Assembly: GCA_002633005.1 (NCBI GenBank)
Contig: NMRA01000024.1
Location: forward strand, 186,001-250,000
Length of the DNA stretch: 64,000 nt
Reading direction: 5' to 3'
Origin: Phoronis australis
Taxonomy: Eukaryota; Animalia; Phoronida
The position numbers were made by a program, and so were the translations under genes. Positions 1 to 13,712 of the stretch are shown in pieces. Below the pieces are notes generated by a model that was given only the letters and a program-made list of their open reading frames with translations, made no database searches and was not told where the DNA came from. How positions within the stretch are numbered: the stretch's first letter is position 1; each line of letters starts with the position of its first letter.

Positions 1-42
1 CGCACGCGGTTATACAAATTTCTAAACTATTTATAATACGCA

Positions 43-48
43 TCAGTT
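43..48 (+). promoter_or_regulatory. Possible initiator (TCAGTT) of the FABP-like gene
   Basis: TCAGTT lies ~65 bp upstream of the ATG at 111, with TATA-like AT-rich words at 11-18 and 28-37. Motif match only. Confidence 0.3.
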
Positions 49-110
49 TATCACAAGCTACTCGCGCATATTATATCTGTTGCGAACAAAGCTAACTTCT
101 CTCTCTAACA

Positions 111-180
111 ATGGACGACATTGTAGGAACCTGGGCATTCGAGTCGTCGGAAAATGACGAAGCTTACGCCAAGGCAGAAG
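111..180 (+). CDS. FABP/iLBP-family lipid-binding protein, exon 1 (MDDIVGTWAFESSENDEAYAKAE-G)
   Basis: ATG at 111; GxW and SEN motifs of the FABP N-terminus; phase-1 GT donor at 181 within the Gly codon, the canonical first-intron position in FABP genes. Confidence 0.9.
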
Positions 181-2980
181 GTACTGTTCATGACGGCGTT
201 TTGTCGTTCAGCAACTTTTCCAGAAGTGAGGGGTTCTGAGCGTGCGATAACATCTGGCTCCTTTGTTAACTGCCCAGCACAGTCATATGTCCCGTATGAC
301 AACAAGCAGGCGAATTATCTCCCAGGCTTCAAAGGGTTACTGAAATCTGGCAGAATAGACAATCTTAACTTCTGTTGTAGTTGTGCGACTTTGGTGATTC
401 AAAAACTAAATGTGCTCAGCATTTGACAAGGAATTTAGAAGTGCTATTGGTTTATGTTCAAATACGTTAAAACTTAACTTTCATTTTTAGCAGCACAGCC
501 CAGTCAGGCTAATACGATCTGATCGGAGATTAGAGCAATTATCGAACAAACGAGAGCCGGCCCTCCAACCATGAATGCCAGAGTGGAGTTGTGTAAGATA
601 TTGGCTACAGGGATGATCTTCCCAACTTGTTGGGCATAGAATCGAACAAGTTGGGAGCAACGGGAAAACGCCGCAATGGATCGAATTTTTGTTGTCACTC
701 TATTTATTTTTTGAAGCAACTAGCAATAATCTCAGCTTATCTTAAACCATATCGATGGAGGTTGGCCAAAAGATCCGTCACAAAGGTTCTTTAGTCATTA
801 TTTTTGTACGTACTACAGCCTCTGCACAGCTGTACGTACACGAGATAAAGCTAGCTGCGTTGCAATGTTCAGCTACACACCGGGCTAACTGACTCATTTG
901 GTGCAAAGTTGTATATTGAATAGACACATTTTGGCGATAGTCTCCACAGACCTAGCTGGCTGACTATACTTACGAAGCTCAAGCGGTTTAAGGGTGGGCC
1001 ACCGGACTGATTTGGGTCGAAATTTGTGCCATTAAAACTGTACTCTTCCTTGAGTAAAGCAAATATTTTGCAGGTGTTACTTCAAAGCATCAGGTTACTC
1101 AGCCACACATTTTTTGTCTCTAAGCTTCCGATAAAACGATCAGTATATCCCAATCCTTTCCATAACGGTTCGTATTGACTACATGTACCGTATCAGCCAA
1201 TTGTAGTTTTATTAGCCAGCAAGCCAGCTAGATGAATGAAGACTATATATCGTCAAATTTAGTAGACAACGCTGCATCAAGACTTAAATCTTTTGTATTG
1301 AATGAATTTGAATTCAATAGCCCAGCACGCTGTGTATATAATACCACTACGGATACATGTAAATATAGAAATAGCTATGAGTTTGACTACGATTTAAGTG
1401 CCTGTTCGATGAGATACCAACAAATTATTGGCATTCAAGATACCGTTGTTACTTCCTGAAAAAAGTTAATAATGTGAAGACATTATTAGGAGGTACAATA
1501 ATGGCTGACGTGGAACTCAGCTCTGGACAAGGGTTGTCTCGGACATCTGTCAAGTTTCGCTGTTACACTGAGAAAACGTGACCGAATTCCAAAGCCTCAA
1601 ACTAGATTTACTCCTGTTACCCTCAGCTAACCCACTCTGACAATTTGAGACCCAGACATATTGACATTGCCAATTGAAAGTGGCTACGGATAGCTGAAAC
1701 AAATACATCTGCGCCACTTCCACCATATTTACTTTATCGAAGTCTGACAAACACAAAATGCCAGAAGTGTACAGCGTTTAAGCGTACGTGTACTTAACAG
1801 CAAACCCTTTACCACTTATTCCCGGTGATATTTCACTGAAACTGTTGCCATATGGAGCCCCGGACATCACAATTACAGGGTCCTGGGGAGAAGTAACCAT
1901 GATCATGGACCATGCTATACCACAGAACGACCTATCTACGATTCCAGGTCTTTGACTCCACGGATTACTTATCCGTTCTCATAGACTGAGCTTCATTCAG
2001 ATGTCATATGGGTTTGAACAGCTAGGGTCCGTGAGTGCCAGTACAGTTGTCGTGACGGTTCTTAAGTAAAGCGACGCGATTAAGTGCGCCTGTAACTTAT
2101 TCCGTACCACGTTGCTGACGATGAGAAAGCTGTTCTGCACTATTAGAATGTTTAAAGTTTCGGTGGAGGTTACTACATTGTGGCTAATGTTGGGAATTAT
2201 ATATGAATTTCAGTTGAGTTCCACATTGCTGATTGTTAACCTAACTTACTAGCAAAGAAAACAATGATTTTTTGCGCAAGTGTATCAAGATGGATTAATT
2301 TCTTTTTGCGCTTCACGGGTTATTCATACGTATATTGCTGGACGTGTATTTAGCTGATCATTATTTCTGGCACATACCATATCCTGCAAGCACTTTTCTT
2401 AACTGTTCTCTGTAAATTAAGAATCCTTATTCTCACCTATCGCAACTACAGTCTATACTCACGCCTCCATTTTACAAACCAATCGCTACTGTTTACTTTT
2501 CACATTCGTAGAATTATGAATGAAAATAATCACCTTCCCCAGTTCTAGATAAGATAGACACCCACTCACTTGCAAGATATCACAGGACAACGGTCTTGCT
2601 CAATTATATTTCATCTCATTTTATTTTTCCCTAACAACGACAAATCCAATGGGTAACAAACGTATGAATGGTAAATTATAATTAACATCTCATTTTCCTA
2701 TTTATTGCCTTTTTATGCTGCATTCTATTGTTGGTCCTCAATTAAGCGGCTCTTCAATTTGCCTTTCGGGATATTAGTATATATAACAGCTTCCTTATTT
2801 AATATGCACTTTTCTAAAGTTTTGCTTTTCATCCAAAAATGGGGAAACTTATATCAATATATGAAATCCTATGTAAAGTATGATTATAAGTGGGAACACC
2901 TGTAACAGTAAAGAGTGACCAACCAACGCTAATTTTGAATTTGGGTGCCACAAAGACATCAGAGGCGAAAATGCCAGAGT

Positions 2981-3270
2981 GGGTCCACCTATATAAATAC
3001 AGCTTAACCCATCATGAAGGATTCACTTAAACTTATATAAGTGGCCCCTTCGGGGTGGGCTCAACTATATTCATATAAGTCTTAGAGCATAATGATGGGT
3101 CCGCTTATATTTATATAGGTGGACTTCGGGGTGGGCTCATCATTTGTACCCACATATGAGGGTTTCACCTGTAAGGGGGATTCCTGCTATGTTCATTAAG
3201 ATAGATCCCCCGTGGTGGGGTACATACACGTGTGCCCACGATGGTTCCATCTATGTGTACGTAATTCCCG
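2981..3270. repeat. Degenerate ~38-bp tandem array of palindromic units in FABP intron 1
   Basis: Units resembling GGGTCCACyTATAT..ATATArGTGGACCC start at ~2981, 3019, 3057, 3097 and 3133. Confidence 0.55.
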
Positions 3271-4428
3271 CCATGGCAGGTCTATTTGCGCTGATTTTAT
3301 TTGGATAAGGGCTCTGGCTGTGGGCAAAATCATTTATCTCTAGAAAACGCGACACGTCATTAAGTAATGTTTGAATGGCTAGATAAAACTGGACGCTTTA
3401 AGATTTTACAGTGTGGCGAAATAATGTAGGTCCTGGCACAGCTGTGGAACTAGAGATACTGTCAACAAAACATTTACGGGCCAGTTACAAAGTTAATGCT
3501 CAGTGATATCACTATGATTGACTATTGTGTTGTTTTAGGACCTATTACAGGAGGGTGCTCATATGCTGTATGTTCTATGGCTAAATGGCAGTTAAGTAGT
3601 TGGTAGACAGAGTTTAGTGCAGCCTACGGTTCATTTTGCGAGCTTATATGTTAGAATAGCTGCCAAAACAACACAATATCCGAATATAATGGTAGCAAGC
3701 CTCGGGATTTTGACGAAATGACGAAGAGGTTTTTGGAAATGTCGTAAAGCTAAGACTCGTGTTATGTAGGATTCTCTAAACAATTTGGTCTTACGCCCAT
3801 ACATCATAACTACTGAATAAAGCTTTAGATATGTTTCATTAGCACATCACAATCTAGAAATAATTTGTATAAATTATAGTCAGTAACTAACAGTTACGGG
3901 CATATTCTCACGGACTTTGTATTTTGCTGAAGTGACATTTAATTCCAAAAGCTGTTGTGTGAAGCTTTAGACCAAATTTCTGGTGCTCTGTTTCATGAAA
4001 AGTGACATGTCATTGATGTTTAGGCCTATACCACCATACAACTCACCGAGTCTGCACACAATGACTCACCGGTAGTCAGCAAGTGTTGGTGTTCACGGTA
4101 GTGCCTTTATTCTTATGTTTGAGGTGTTACTAGAGCACTATTCACGTGACACGGCGTGGAAAAGTAAACAACAATCAACGCCTTGAAGTTTGTCTGATTT
4201 TCTCGAAAATCCCTGTTTTACAGCTTATTTGCGAATTCACCAGTGCTGGTTGAGTTCTTTACCACTGCAATGTGTCATTCAAAATCACGATAACTTTGTC
4301 ATTCATGAGTAAAAACTGCTTGCATTTTCGAGCTTGCAAGACTTTCCTATGAACACGGGGGGGGACATTACGTGAAAATGTAGAAATTATGGCGTCATAT
4401 AATAAAGCCATGTATTTTCGATTTTTAG

Positions 4429-4610
4429 GGACACCTATCGAAATGGTGAAGAAAATGAATCAAAAGGGAACAACCATGGTCTACGAAGCCCTAGGAGATG
4501 GTCGCTACAAGAATGTTTTCACAAGCGAAGCCACTGGAGCCATTGAAACCGGCACCGACATAAACAAACCTGTAACAAGCAAGATAAATTTTGGTGGACA
4601 CGAATTCGAG
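4429..4610 (+). CDS. FABP-like protein, exon 2 (GTPIEMVKKMNQKG...INFGGHEFE)
   Basis: tttttAG acceptor at 4427-4428; 182 nt open frame continuing phase 1; GT donor at 4611 (phase 0). Confidence 0.85.
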
Positions 4611-5824
4611 GTATTAGCCTGCTCACATACAGGCGACAGTGGCGGATTTGAGGGGGAGGAGGGGGTAAGGGGGGGGCCATGCCTGAAATAGCGGGTTGTG
4701 ACCGTGCTTTTGTTTCCACTGAAATAATTCCACAAGCGGCTACCAATGGCCCTGGTCTACTAAACGAAGGGAGAGAGTACGTTAACGTGAATGCACAAAA
4801 TTTTACATTTTTTGCTTTCTGTTGAAGGCCTATACTCGTTTACAATTTACTCAATGTAACGTTGAGATACTTTTGAGTTGACAGTTTGTTTTTCAAATTG
4901 TTGGTTCCTCGCACTCTCTCAAAAAAGCTTGAAACTTCACTGAAGAGCAGACGAGACGATTGGTAGGTCTTTGGTATGATTTGGTCGTGTTGTTTTTTTC
5001 TGTTTTTTGGCTTTCAAACTTGCCTAATCGACTCTCTTAATTGCAAAAAAAAACAGGGAAAAGCCAGCTGAGCTCAGGGCCATACTCATTGATACTGCAA
5101 GTTTGCGTTTGTTCTATGTTCAAATCGAGTCGAGCTTGTGTAGACTACGTCGAGGAGGTTGTGAGCCGTGGGTTGAGGCGGTCGTGGGTCGAGGAGGTCG
5201 TTGGGTGTGGGGGTCGAGGGGGTCTTAGAACAATCCTGAAATTTTCATTTGAGACTCGAACTCATAGCTTTAATAATGGGCTCATCAGGTGCAAAATAGG
5301 ATTAGGCATTTACTCACGTAAACCATACTACACTCGAGCACAGCATAATACTCTGTACTAAAGCAGAACAGAAAATGTCCAAAATAATTTCAAGTTCGAT
5401 TTCAAGTGAAAAGATTACACCCTGGTCATTGAAACGTCAGAAAAACCTCCAACTTGTCAGTTATGACACGTGACATCTAGTGGGAGATTGATTTTCGATG
5501 GGATGAAAGTGCATAACATTATTTTTATTTCAAGTGCTAACTCACGAAGTTCAAGTCCGATGGCATGTTTTTAAGAATATGTCATACTTGCTTCAACAGA
5601 GAAGAATTGCAGTGGCAGGTGTAAGACTTTTATGTTTGGCTTGAAAACGCCTTTACTCATCTTTAATATTACGTGTACTCCTATTTCACATAAGTTGCCT
5701 TTAAAAACTTCGGTGTCGAAAATCCCAGACTGCCTTTCCCGCATCCGGTACACGCATTAATGGAGCTGTTATATGTTGTTTCGTTCAGTGTTTCAATAAT
5801 TCAAAGTATCACTTATGTGTCCAG

Positions 5825-5938
5825 ATTACCATGGCGACGAAATACGAGGGCGATGGAAAATGGAACTCTACGCACACTCACACCGGAGGCAAAGTAGTCC
5901 AAGAGATCATGCAAGTGACTGGAGACACGATGAAACTA
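5825..5938 (+). CDS. FABP-like protein, exon 3 (ITMATKYEGDGKW...VTGDTMKL)
   Basis: ccAG acceptor; 114 nt in frame; GTGAGT donor at 5939; exon end matches FABP 'DGKLIL'. Confidence 0.88.
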
Positions 5939-6398
5939 GTGAGTTTTATTGACCGGCAATCTGTATTGAATCATCGGTGTCCGTTATCGTTCACGCTATG
6001 ATCCTAACACTCTTCATCTGTATCACTGTCTCCCGGTGTGAGCAACTTTAATGATAACCGATGTTGTCCACAATGACCTTTCACGGGATGATCGAGAACT
6101 GATTCGTACACATACCCAGAATAACAATCTAAATATTTTTTACAATCCCCTTTGCGCATGCCTAGAATGATGAATTACTTGTATGCGGGAAATGTTACCC
6201 CCAAGTTCACCTTGCGTTACTAGGCCGGCACCTCACACTTTGTCATTCAAGGCATGCAAAAGAGGAGCTGTCAGGTCCATGAGATCCGTTCTTCACCTTG
6301 ATTGGGAAAGTACACGTATGTGATTTGGTGGATAAAACGGAATACGGTTTTCCCATAATCCATTACACGACACCTACCAATATTCCCACGCAACAGCT

Positions 6399-6600
6399 TT
6401 AAAATTACTTATTGTTATTAAAATGAAATTTCGGACCTCAAAAATGGGGCTCCTTAAATTAATATAGGGGGGGGGGGGGGNNNNNNNGACCAGAGTCCCC
6501 GGAGAGCGAGGTTCCCTATATCAATATAAGGGTCCTCATTTTCGAGCACCGAAATTCAATTTTTTGTCTGCGTCATTTTAATAAGAATAAGTCATTTTAA
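6399..6600. mobile_element. Palindromic MITE-like element in FABP intron 3 (spans a 7-N gap)
   Basis: Left arm ttaaaattacttattgttattaaaatga...aatataggg is the imperfect reverse complement of the right arm ccctata...tcattttaataagaataagtcattttaa. Confidence 0.6.
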
Positions 6601-7279
6601 CTAATAAATTGTTTCTCCTCAAAAAGGTTACACCAGTACCTTAGCAGAGACCAGACGGCTTCGATCTGCTCTGGCTCTTTATTGGTTAATGTACGACACC
6701 CAGTGTCTTAGCAGCGAGTGCTGGTCCTCTCAACAAGGTTGCAGATTGGTTTGCTAGTCACAAACTCCTTTAATTTTTCAATTACACTTTAATGCTCACT
6801 GGATAACAGTAATGCATTACTGATCGTGTATACCTCATTAGTGTTTGTTCGTAGTAAATGCGCACGTGACTTTCCAAACAAGGAAGTCACTACATTCTTG
6901 CGCTAGATTTTGGGCTTGCACGAAGCCAACTGCCCTGTAGGTCGGAAAGGAAGCTATGAAAAAGGTCTGTTGTTGCGACACAAAAATACTGACAAATGAC
7001 GGTGAATGGGATGATGGCAAATGATTGACAAAACTTCAGATGGTAAATGGCGACTTGTGTGCGTGCGATTTTCAGATTGTCTTATTATCTCGTATTGCAC
7101 ACATTTCCTGATATTCGCATTACCAACATGTCGCCGGGATAGCCGTCATAAGTTTTCTTTGAAAAAACACTTAGGCTTTTAAAACTTACAAGTATGATTC
7201 GTTACAGCTGGATCGCCTTTCACGCAATTGGTGAAAACTTTGTTAGCAAAACTTCATGGAAATTTGTTATCGTTCACAG

Positions 7280-7333
7280 GTTTATACGTGTAACGGTGTC
7301 AGCGGTTCGTCCATTTACAAGAAAGTAGCTTGA
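7280..7333 (+). CDS. FABP-like protein, exon 4 (VYTCNGVSGSSIYKKVA*)
   Basis: cacAG acceptor; aligns ungapped to the FABP C-terminal strand pair; TGA stop. The spliced CDS totals 420 nt (139 aa). Confidence 0.88.
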   Translation, partial: VYTCNGVSGSSIYKKVA

Positions 7334-7450
7334 AGGAGCAAAACTACAACCGTGCCCAAACGTAGAGTTTACGCCAACGTAAGATATACAAGAGATGTTT
7401 TGAGGATAAGGCGACATACTTAATAGGCATTGCGCTTCTTCGGTAACAGA

Positions 7451-7456
7451 AATAAA
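7451..7456 (+). terminator. Poly(A) signal of the FABP-like gene
   Basis: AATAAA ~120 nt after the stop codon. Confidence 0.5.
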
Positions 7457-9119
7457 AATTCAATGGTAAATAATTGTTTGCTGGATTTTCTATTTCACAC
7501 ATACACTGCACTGAGGGACAGATAGGGTTGGGAGGGCACAGGAGGAGAGGGAGAGGGGATGGGTGCTGCAAAGGACTTGAAGGAGTTATGGAGGGAGGGA
7601 GGGAAAATGACTTGTTAGAGACATCATCATAAAACTCAGTGATGTCTCATCTTGTTCATTATTTAGATTAAATGTGATTTCTGGCGGTTCTCTCAAAGAG
7701 GAGGCCTTAAATATGGCTTATCGTTTTATGCAGCCATACCATGGAACATAAAATTATCGTGTCGACGAGACTATACATTTTTCGAGTCTCGTCTTAGAAA
7801 CAATGAAGTGACAGTCCTTCTTCAAGGCCAAAATTCACTTCTAATTTGAACATTGTGGGAACAAAATTTTTAACGGTAATTAAAGCGCCATCGAACCTAT
7901 ATTTCCTGTCAATAATTTTAGTTATGACGTAGTCCCATTGGCTCCTAGTCTTGTCCCTTACGCAGTTTAGAAGTGATCGCTGAGCTCGGGAATAATTGAC
8001 AGGTTCGCTTTTTCATCAGACCAAGCAAATAAAATTTCAGCTCACAGTGTTAATTATATTCCCCAGATGCGAAGAGAGATTTCTGGGATTGCAAGTTTAC
8101 ATAGAACTGAATTTTTGTTGATAAATTACGTAATAATTAGGATATGCTTATTACATTTGCGTGTGAAGCAACAAGACAAGGGCTTGCCACGTGTTGTATT
8201 GTGGGTAAATAAACTTAGAATGAGAGTGGTGCCGCACAATTTCAGGACGGGCCTATTACTACCTCCAGTGGTTCTCTTCCTCATGTTTTTTACATGTATC
8301 ATTTGTAAAAGTATAGTCCCACAGCTTAACTCTCAAGAAAAGGTAATTTAGGAAGTTATATACATGAAAGACAACCATCTTTAGATCAGCGAGGCAGCCG
8401 GGGAGGAATGCGCTCGATAACTTGAAGCTTTGGATTCCCAGTCAGCTTGACTTGCGATGTGCATTACAGTGGGGTGGGAGTCCCACTTATTTCTCTAACT
8501 GACTCGTGGACGATAGTGAATGGATCAATAAGATTAGTCAATTAGCTCAGTCGGCGTTCCTTATATCCCCCACACTAATGGGATGAGAGATTTCTGGTAT
8601 TCCCGGCTCAACATCATATGAACCCGCTTCTCACCTCAAATGACCACTTACCGTTATCGCATCCGCCTCAAATTGTTTCTTAGTCAAACTGGATGTAACT
8701 TCAGGCTTCAGAAGACCTGATACTTCTCCAATACTGGAGACCGTGCTCGGCCAATCATATGACATGCCGTGATAATGAAGAGACTAGTCTCATTAACGAA
8801 CGACCAAAATGCCTTTTCATCTGTGTATGAAACATGTCCAGATCAATCTTGCAAAGGTAATTACGGTAGTCCAAATCAAAAGATCTCTACTTGGACAGAA
8901 CGTGACTTTTTAGCCGCTTTGAATTTGTTTTACGTGGCGGCAATTTTTTGAGGTTGTCCTATATCAGTCAATAGTGCCAACAATATGGTGGGTGAGAAGT
9001 GGAGATTGTCTTATATCAGTCAACAGTGCCAGCGATACAGTGCATGAGAAGCGGAATGCGCTCTTGGTGCTAATCTTAGTTCAGGCATTTATTTATAAAG
9101 TGGTATAAAGTACACGAAT

Positions 9120-11453
9120 AGCGGATTTGCAGCGCAAACGAACTGCGCATTGCGCATGTGCGAGTTACTTCCTGCGCGAAGGCTCATGGGATAGCTTGTG
9201 GTCAGGCATGTCTTAAAGTCCTTCTCTCACGCGTTGTTAACCCTTATTACATGGTTAGAAGATGTTATAAGGATCCAAGAAGTACCTACCCCATAACTAA
9301 TACACGATCCGTACTCGAAAACAGTTTAAATGAACGCGCCACTCACGATTCGCACCCGAAGAAACACCGCATTTTTGAACTTGCCGCGAACCCGGAAGTA
9401 CAATTCATTCAGGAACCCAGGCCGAGAAAACGCCGTCAGTGACCCAAATTTCGCCACAAAACTTGCAATAACTTTACAGTGCTTGCCCCAATTTTGATAC
9501 TTTTTCGATTTTTACTGAGTAGATTGTACTACCTTTCCGATGATAGCAAAGTACTTTTTCAAAACGAGGAAAAAATAAAACCGAAAAAAAATTGGTTCGA
9601 CCCATATTGGTTCCTAGGTTCGACCCGCCTACGTAAGGAACTAAACACCAATGCTATTTTAACATACTAAGTACGCGTAACATTCCAAAAAAATCAACGA
9701 CCACTAACTACAAACTATAAATACACTACATATGCAAACGAATCACGATGTATTACTAATAAAACAAAATAATGAAGACTTTTTGAGCAAGCCATTGCAC
9801 ATTCAGTTACAAGGAAAAAATGGCCGCGTTCAGGACAAGTTCCTGAACTGATGAGCCGGAAATGTGGGGACGGAAATAACCGATGACAACCGGTAATTAT
9901 ACGCTCAGAGAGAAGGGTCAAATACTGTTAAAAAATCGCTTTTGGCAAGAAAGGCGAAAAGAATATAAAGAAAGGGTGTCGAAAATAAGAATTTATGTAG
10001 TAAGTATTTTCGGATACTGGAACCACATGGGCAGTTTGCAAGAAGGACTTTAAGGAGGCTGGATAGTGTGGAGTGATTTGCAAACTAAAAACCATGTTTC
10101 ATTTTTTTTTGCTTTATAATACCAAGCAAGTTCTCTCTCTCGTTTGTAAACGCAGCGTAGCTATGGTCAGTGACCGGGGGCACGACTGTCGTCATGTTCA
10201 GTATTGGGGCTATCGGCGTTGATTTCGAAATCTCCTCCGGTTTCAGACAAGTTGAGAGTTCTTGGGTTGCTTACCTTTGTAGCTTTCGCCGTGGATATGC
10301 TAGAGACGTTAATTTTAAGAGGAAACTCCGTCGGAATGTTGTTCTCATACGTCTTTTTTCCACCAGGAAAATGTTCGCTGCACACACGAAGGCCCCTAGG
10401 CAATTACATCGCACTGGATGCTGCAGGCATTCAGGTGTGATAGTACAGTGTACATCCTCACAAAAAGTTACTCATTTCAAAATACAGCAAATAAAATCAA
10501 ATGAACCATACATATAGGAACACGGAGTTATAATTAACATATACCACGACTCTGGATACAGTTTAGTCAGCAAAACTTGAACAAATCGATGAAAATCTGT
10601 CGCGGTTTGCTCGAGTTTCTCTCAGTTACCGGGTGCCATTTTGAGGAAGTTACGTGAAATTACGCATGCTGACGAATAAAAAGTCCAAGGGACACACATC
10701 TTACAAGTTTCACCCGATACCTTCTCATGCCATTTTACAAGTGTCGCACGCTAGCATCACGCGCTAGCGTCACGCGCTTCGCTCAGTCTCGCCCTAACCT
10801 TTGCCTAACTCACACGATTCAGTTGACATGCTTTGCGGTTATCGCGCACGCGGTGACAAAATTAACGGCAACCAAAAAAGTGGAGTTGTAATTCTTCGCC
10901 AAAGTCAACTTAATTCTCACAACTAAGCTTCATCAAAGATATGTATAGAAGTAGAAAGGACCAATGATGAAAGTAAGCGTTGTTTAAATGTACAATGTAT
11001 TATTGACGAGGTGAAAACTCGAAATCGGTAACCCAAATCCGGTCACGGCCCGTTTAAAATACACTGAAGTAACGAAATGAGTACAGAAAGTGAATGGAAG
11101 TATTGTAGCCACTATATGGCCAACCGAGGGCTACGTGTTGCCTACTAGATGGCCCCGCGTTGGTTTGAATGCGCTAAATCTCCCCTTACTCCCAGCTCTC
11201 CTAATGTTGTTTATCCATTTTTCACGAAGTTCTTGATTTGCAGGGAACACATAAAAACTCAGATTTTTATCTCTCTTGTTGTTTTTGAAGCAACCAGGAA
11301 CACAACAAGTGTATCCGCCGTAAGTCAGTTTTCTTCGCGCTCATACCGCGACGTATTATGCTTGTTACTATGGCCGCTTTCGGAATCCTGACCACAGCAC
11401 CCACAATGCACCATTTTAACCTAATTTCAATATGGCGTCGCTGCAAATCCGCT
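9120..11453 (-). mobile_element. Non-autonomous DNA transposon with AT TSD and THAP remnant (ISL2EU/Harbinger-like)
   Basis: Perfect 15-bp TIR AGCGGATTTGCAGCG; AT duplicated relative to the empty site gaATtatag in unit B (~38847). Minus-strand THAP pieces: YTCCVPGC...SFYVFP...REKWINNIRR (11190-11320) and LRVCSEHF...IPTEF (~10325-10395). The superfamily assignment is inference. Confidence 0.8.
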
Positions 11454-13643
11454 ATTATAGTGAGTGGTTCATTTCCTTCATCATTTGTCCAATTGTCAGG
11501 GGTACGTGAAAGTGAATGATGTGATTGGTCACGTTACAGACCCCCATACAAAGCTTACAATAGCTTTATCCGGGCTTCAACGAATTGATCTTTGAATTAT
11601 TTGGAATGGTCACAACATCGAACATCTGCATGCACTGCTAAGAATAATGAAACAGCCTACATACTGAAAAAATGTGTTAATTTCAACTAGTAACGTAAAA
11701 ACATTGTCGGATAACCTGCTAGATATACTTTTTGGCTCAGTATGTACTAAAACGAACCATTTTCAAATGCAAAGATGCGGTAACTATCTAGTAAAATGTT
11801 ATGATCCTGGAAACATTAGACGATAGTAAGTCTTCAGTCTAAATGTGCGCCGTTGTTTCCGCAGCTCGTCTCCAAGCCTCAAGATGGCAGTGATCAGGTT
11901 AGACGTCTCTATGGCCGGTCTCTGGTTTGCAAACGCGACCCGGTCTCTCCATAACCTTTTGCGCTTTACAACGTGATGCGAGCCGGTCCAACGGAATTAA
12001 ACTACCCGGGGGTAAAACTGAAGTCATTTGAGCTGTCTCAAACATGTAATACAAATTCAAGGTTTAAATTTATCATTTTCAGATTGCTCGAATCTCTCCT
12101 CCTACATTTAACATTTTTCCGTCAGCCCATCATTTGTGTGTCAAATATGTATGCGAGTTGTTTGAGGCTTGACTGGGATTGACAGTTTTCCTTTAACGAA
12201 CTCCAGAAAGAACGAGTTTGTGATCCGCTTTTAAATCGAAATAAGTCACATGCCAAACATACCTCGTCATCTCGTCATCTCGCGAAGTGTAGCGAGTGTA
12301 AAAAATTATAGAGAGACTAGGACACGTTTAGTCATATGCAGCTTCGTTCCCAAGCCTCAAGATGGCGCTTATCAGGTTAGTCCATAGACATCACAATACT
12401 GATGTCTCTTTAGCCATTTTGAGGCATTTTCAAGAAAGACGTCGCTCTAGTCGTTGGGTCGCCAACCGAAGCGACGTCTTTCGATAAAATGCATTTTGAG
12501 ACTTGGAGTCGGAAAGTATCCCTTCTGCGCGCTTGTTGGCAATAGACGACGTTCACCGCTAGACTGACACAAGAAACCCCGACATGAATCTTTGAATACT
12601 TAAATACCAGTTCTTGAAGGTTTTTGTCCTTACTTCTTTGATGTGATGTACTTTTCCAGAAGAGTAATTTTGAAATTTTCACAGGCGTTGTTCTCGGCTG
12701 CCATTCATCATTGATGGTTTGAAAAAAGTAGTTTGCGCACTTATTTGCGGTTCTATTTTATTGATAGCACCATAGACTTTATTCCGTTTTTGAATCAAAA
12801 TTGCTGCACGATTACCGTTAGTTTTGATTCAGAATTTTGGCAAATAAATTTCTGTTCACCAAGCTTCAAAAGGTTAAAATGATCAGCGTCTTGAGGACAA
12901 GGCTGGTAAATGCACTACTGATCATGTTCCCAAACGGAGAGTGTATTTAATGAGATTGTGTTGTTTCTTATTCTTGCCTCTTAGGTCACCTAGTTGTACG
13001 TTTTCTTGCCCGCGCTACTCCGAGGCCTTTTCGTGCTTAAAGTTCAATCTTTTCCAGTGCACGCCATTCCCTTCTCGCGGATGGATACTCTCCTCTCCAG
13101 CACCCCTTTCGCGTCTCATGAACCATATTTCCTTGGTTGCACTCGATCAATTCAACTCCCGCATATTCTTTGTTTGCCCGCAAACGCTTGTTTTCGCCTT
13201 ACAGACATTTGTCGATCGAACTGCCCGACTACGAAATGGGTCAGCTTAGGAATTCAGCTTCTCATAACCTGCCCATAAACGTAATTATCTCGCTGTTGTT
13301 TATGTTTACGAGAGCGCAGTTAAATGCGCTTTACCCGTTTACCGATTTTTGTAGAGGGCAATGTTCAGTAGTTTTCATTGTATCTATTTTTTTTCGTCTT
13401 CACTGTTCTAGATTAAAGCTGTAGTTGTGGGCGATTCTGTGTATGGAACATTACCAGTTTTGCATCCGTAAAACGCTGTTTTTGGGATTGTTCTTGGATT
13501 GGGTTGTCACCTTGAAGTTATTAGCTTTGACCAGAACTATAAAACAAGATTCGTTGTGATTCTGTGATTTTATAAAAATTCGCGAATTCTCGCCGTTGTC
13601 TGCCAATCACTCGTGGAAATCAAGGCAGGTGTCGTTACAATTT

Positions 13644-13712
13644 CATGGGCGGCGCAGCACCGAAAAAAGTGGGGGGTTTAGCCCCCCAACCCCCTATGGT
13701 GCGCCGCCCATG
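13644..13712. mobile_element. 69-bp CA...TG mini-MITE (5-bp TSD class)
   Basis: TIR CATGGGCGGCGCA/TGCGCCGCCCATG; right flank cattt equals the left flank in unit B (~45195), where the right half is deleted. Confidence 0.6.

Noticed and set aside
4389-4691. Standalone 100-aa ORF
   Set aside because: Only 4429-4610 is coding (FABP exon 2); the rest is intron and a MITE end.
9237-9921. piggyBac-like TTAA|CCCTT ... AAGGG|TCAA
   Set aside because: Only 5 bp of terminal complementarity and an imperfect TSD.
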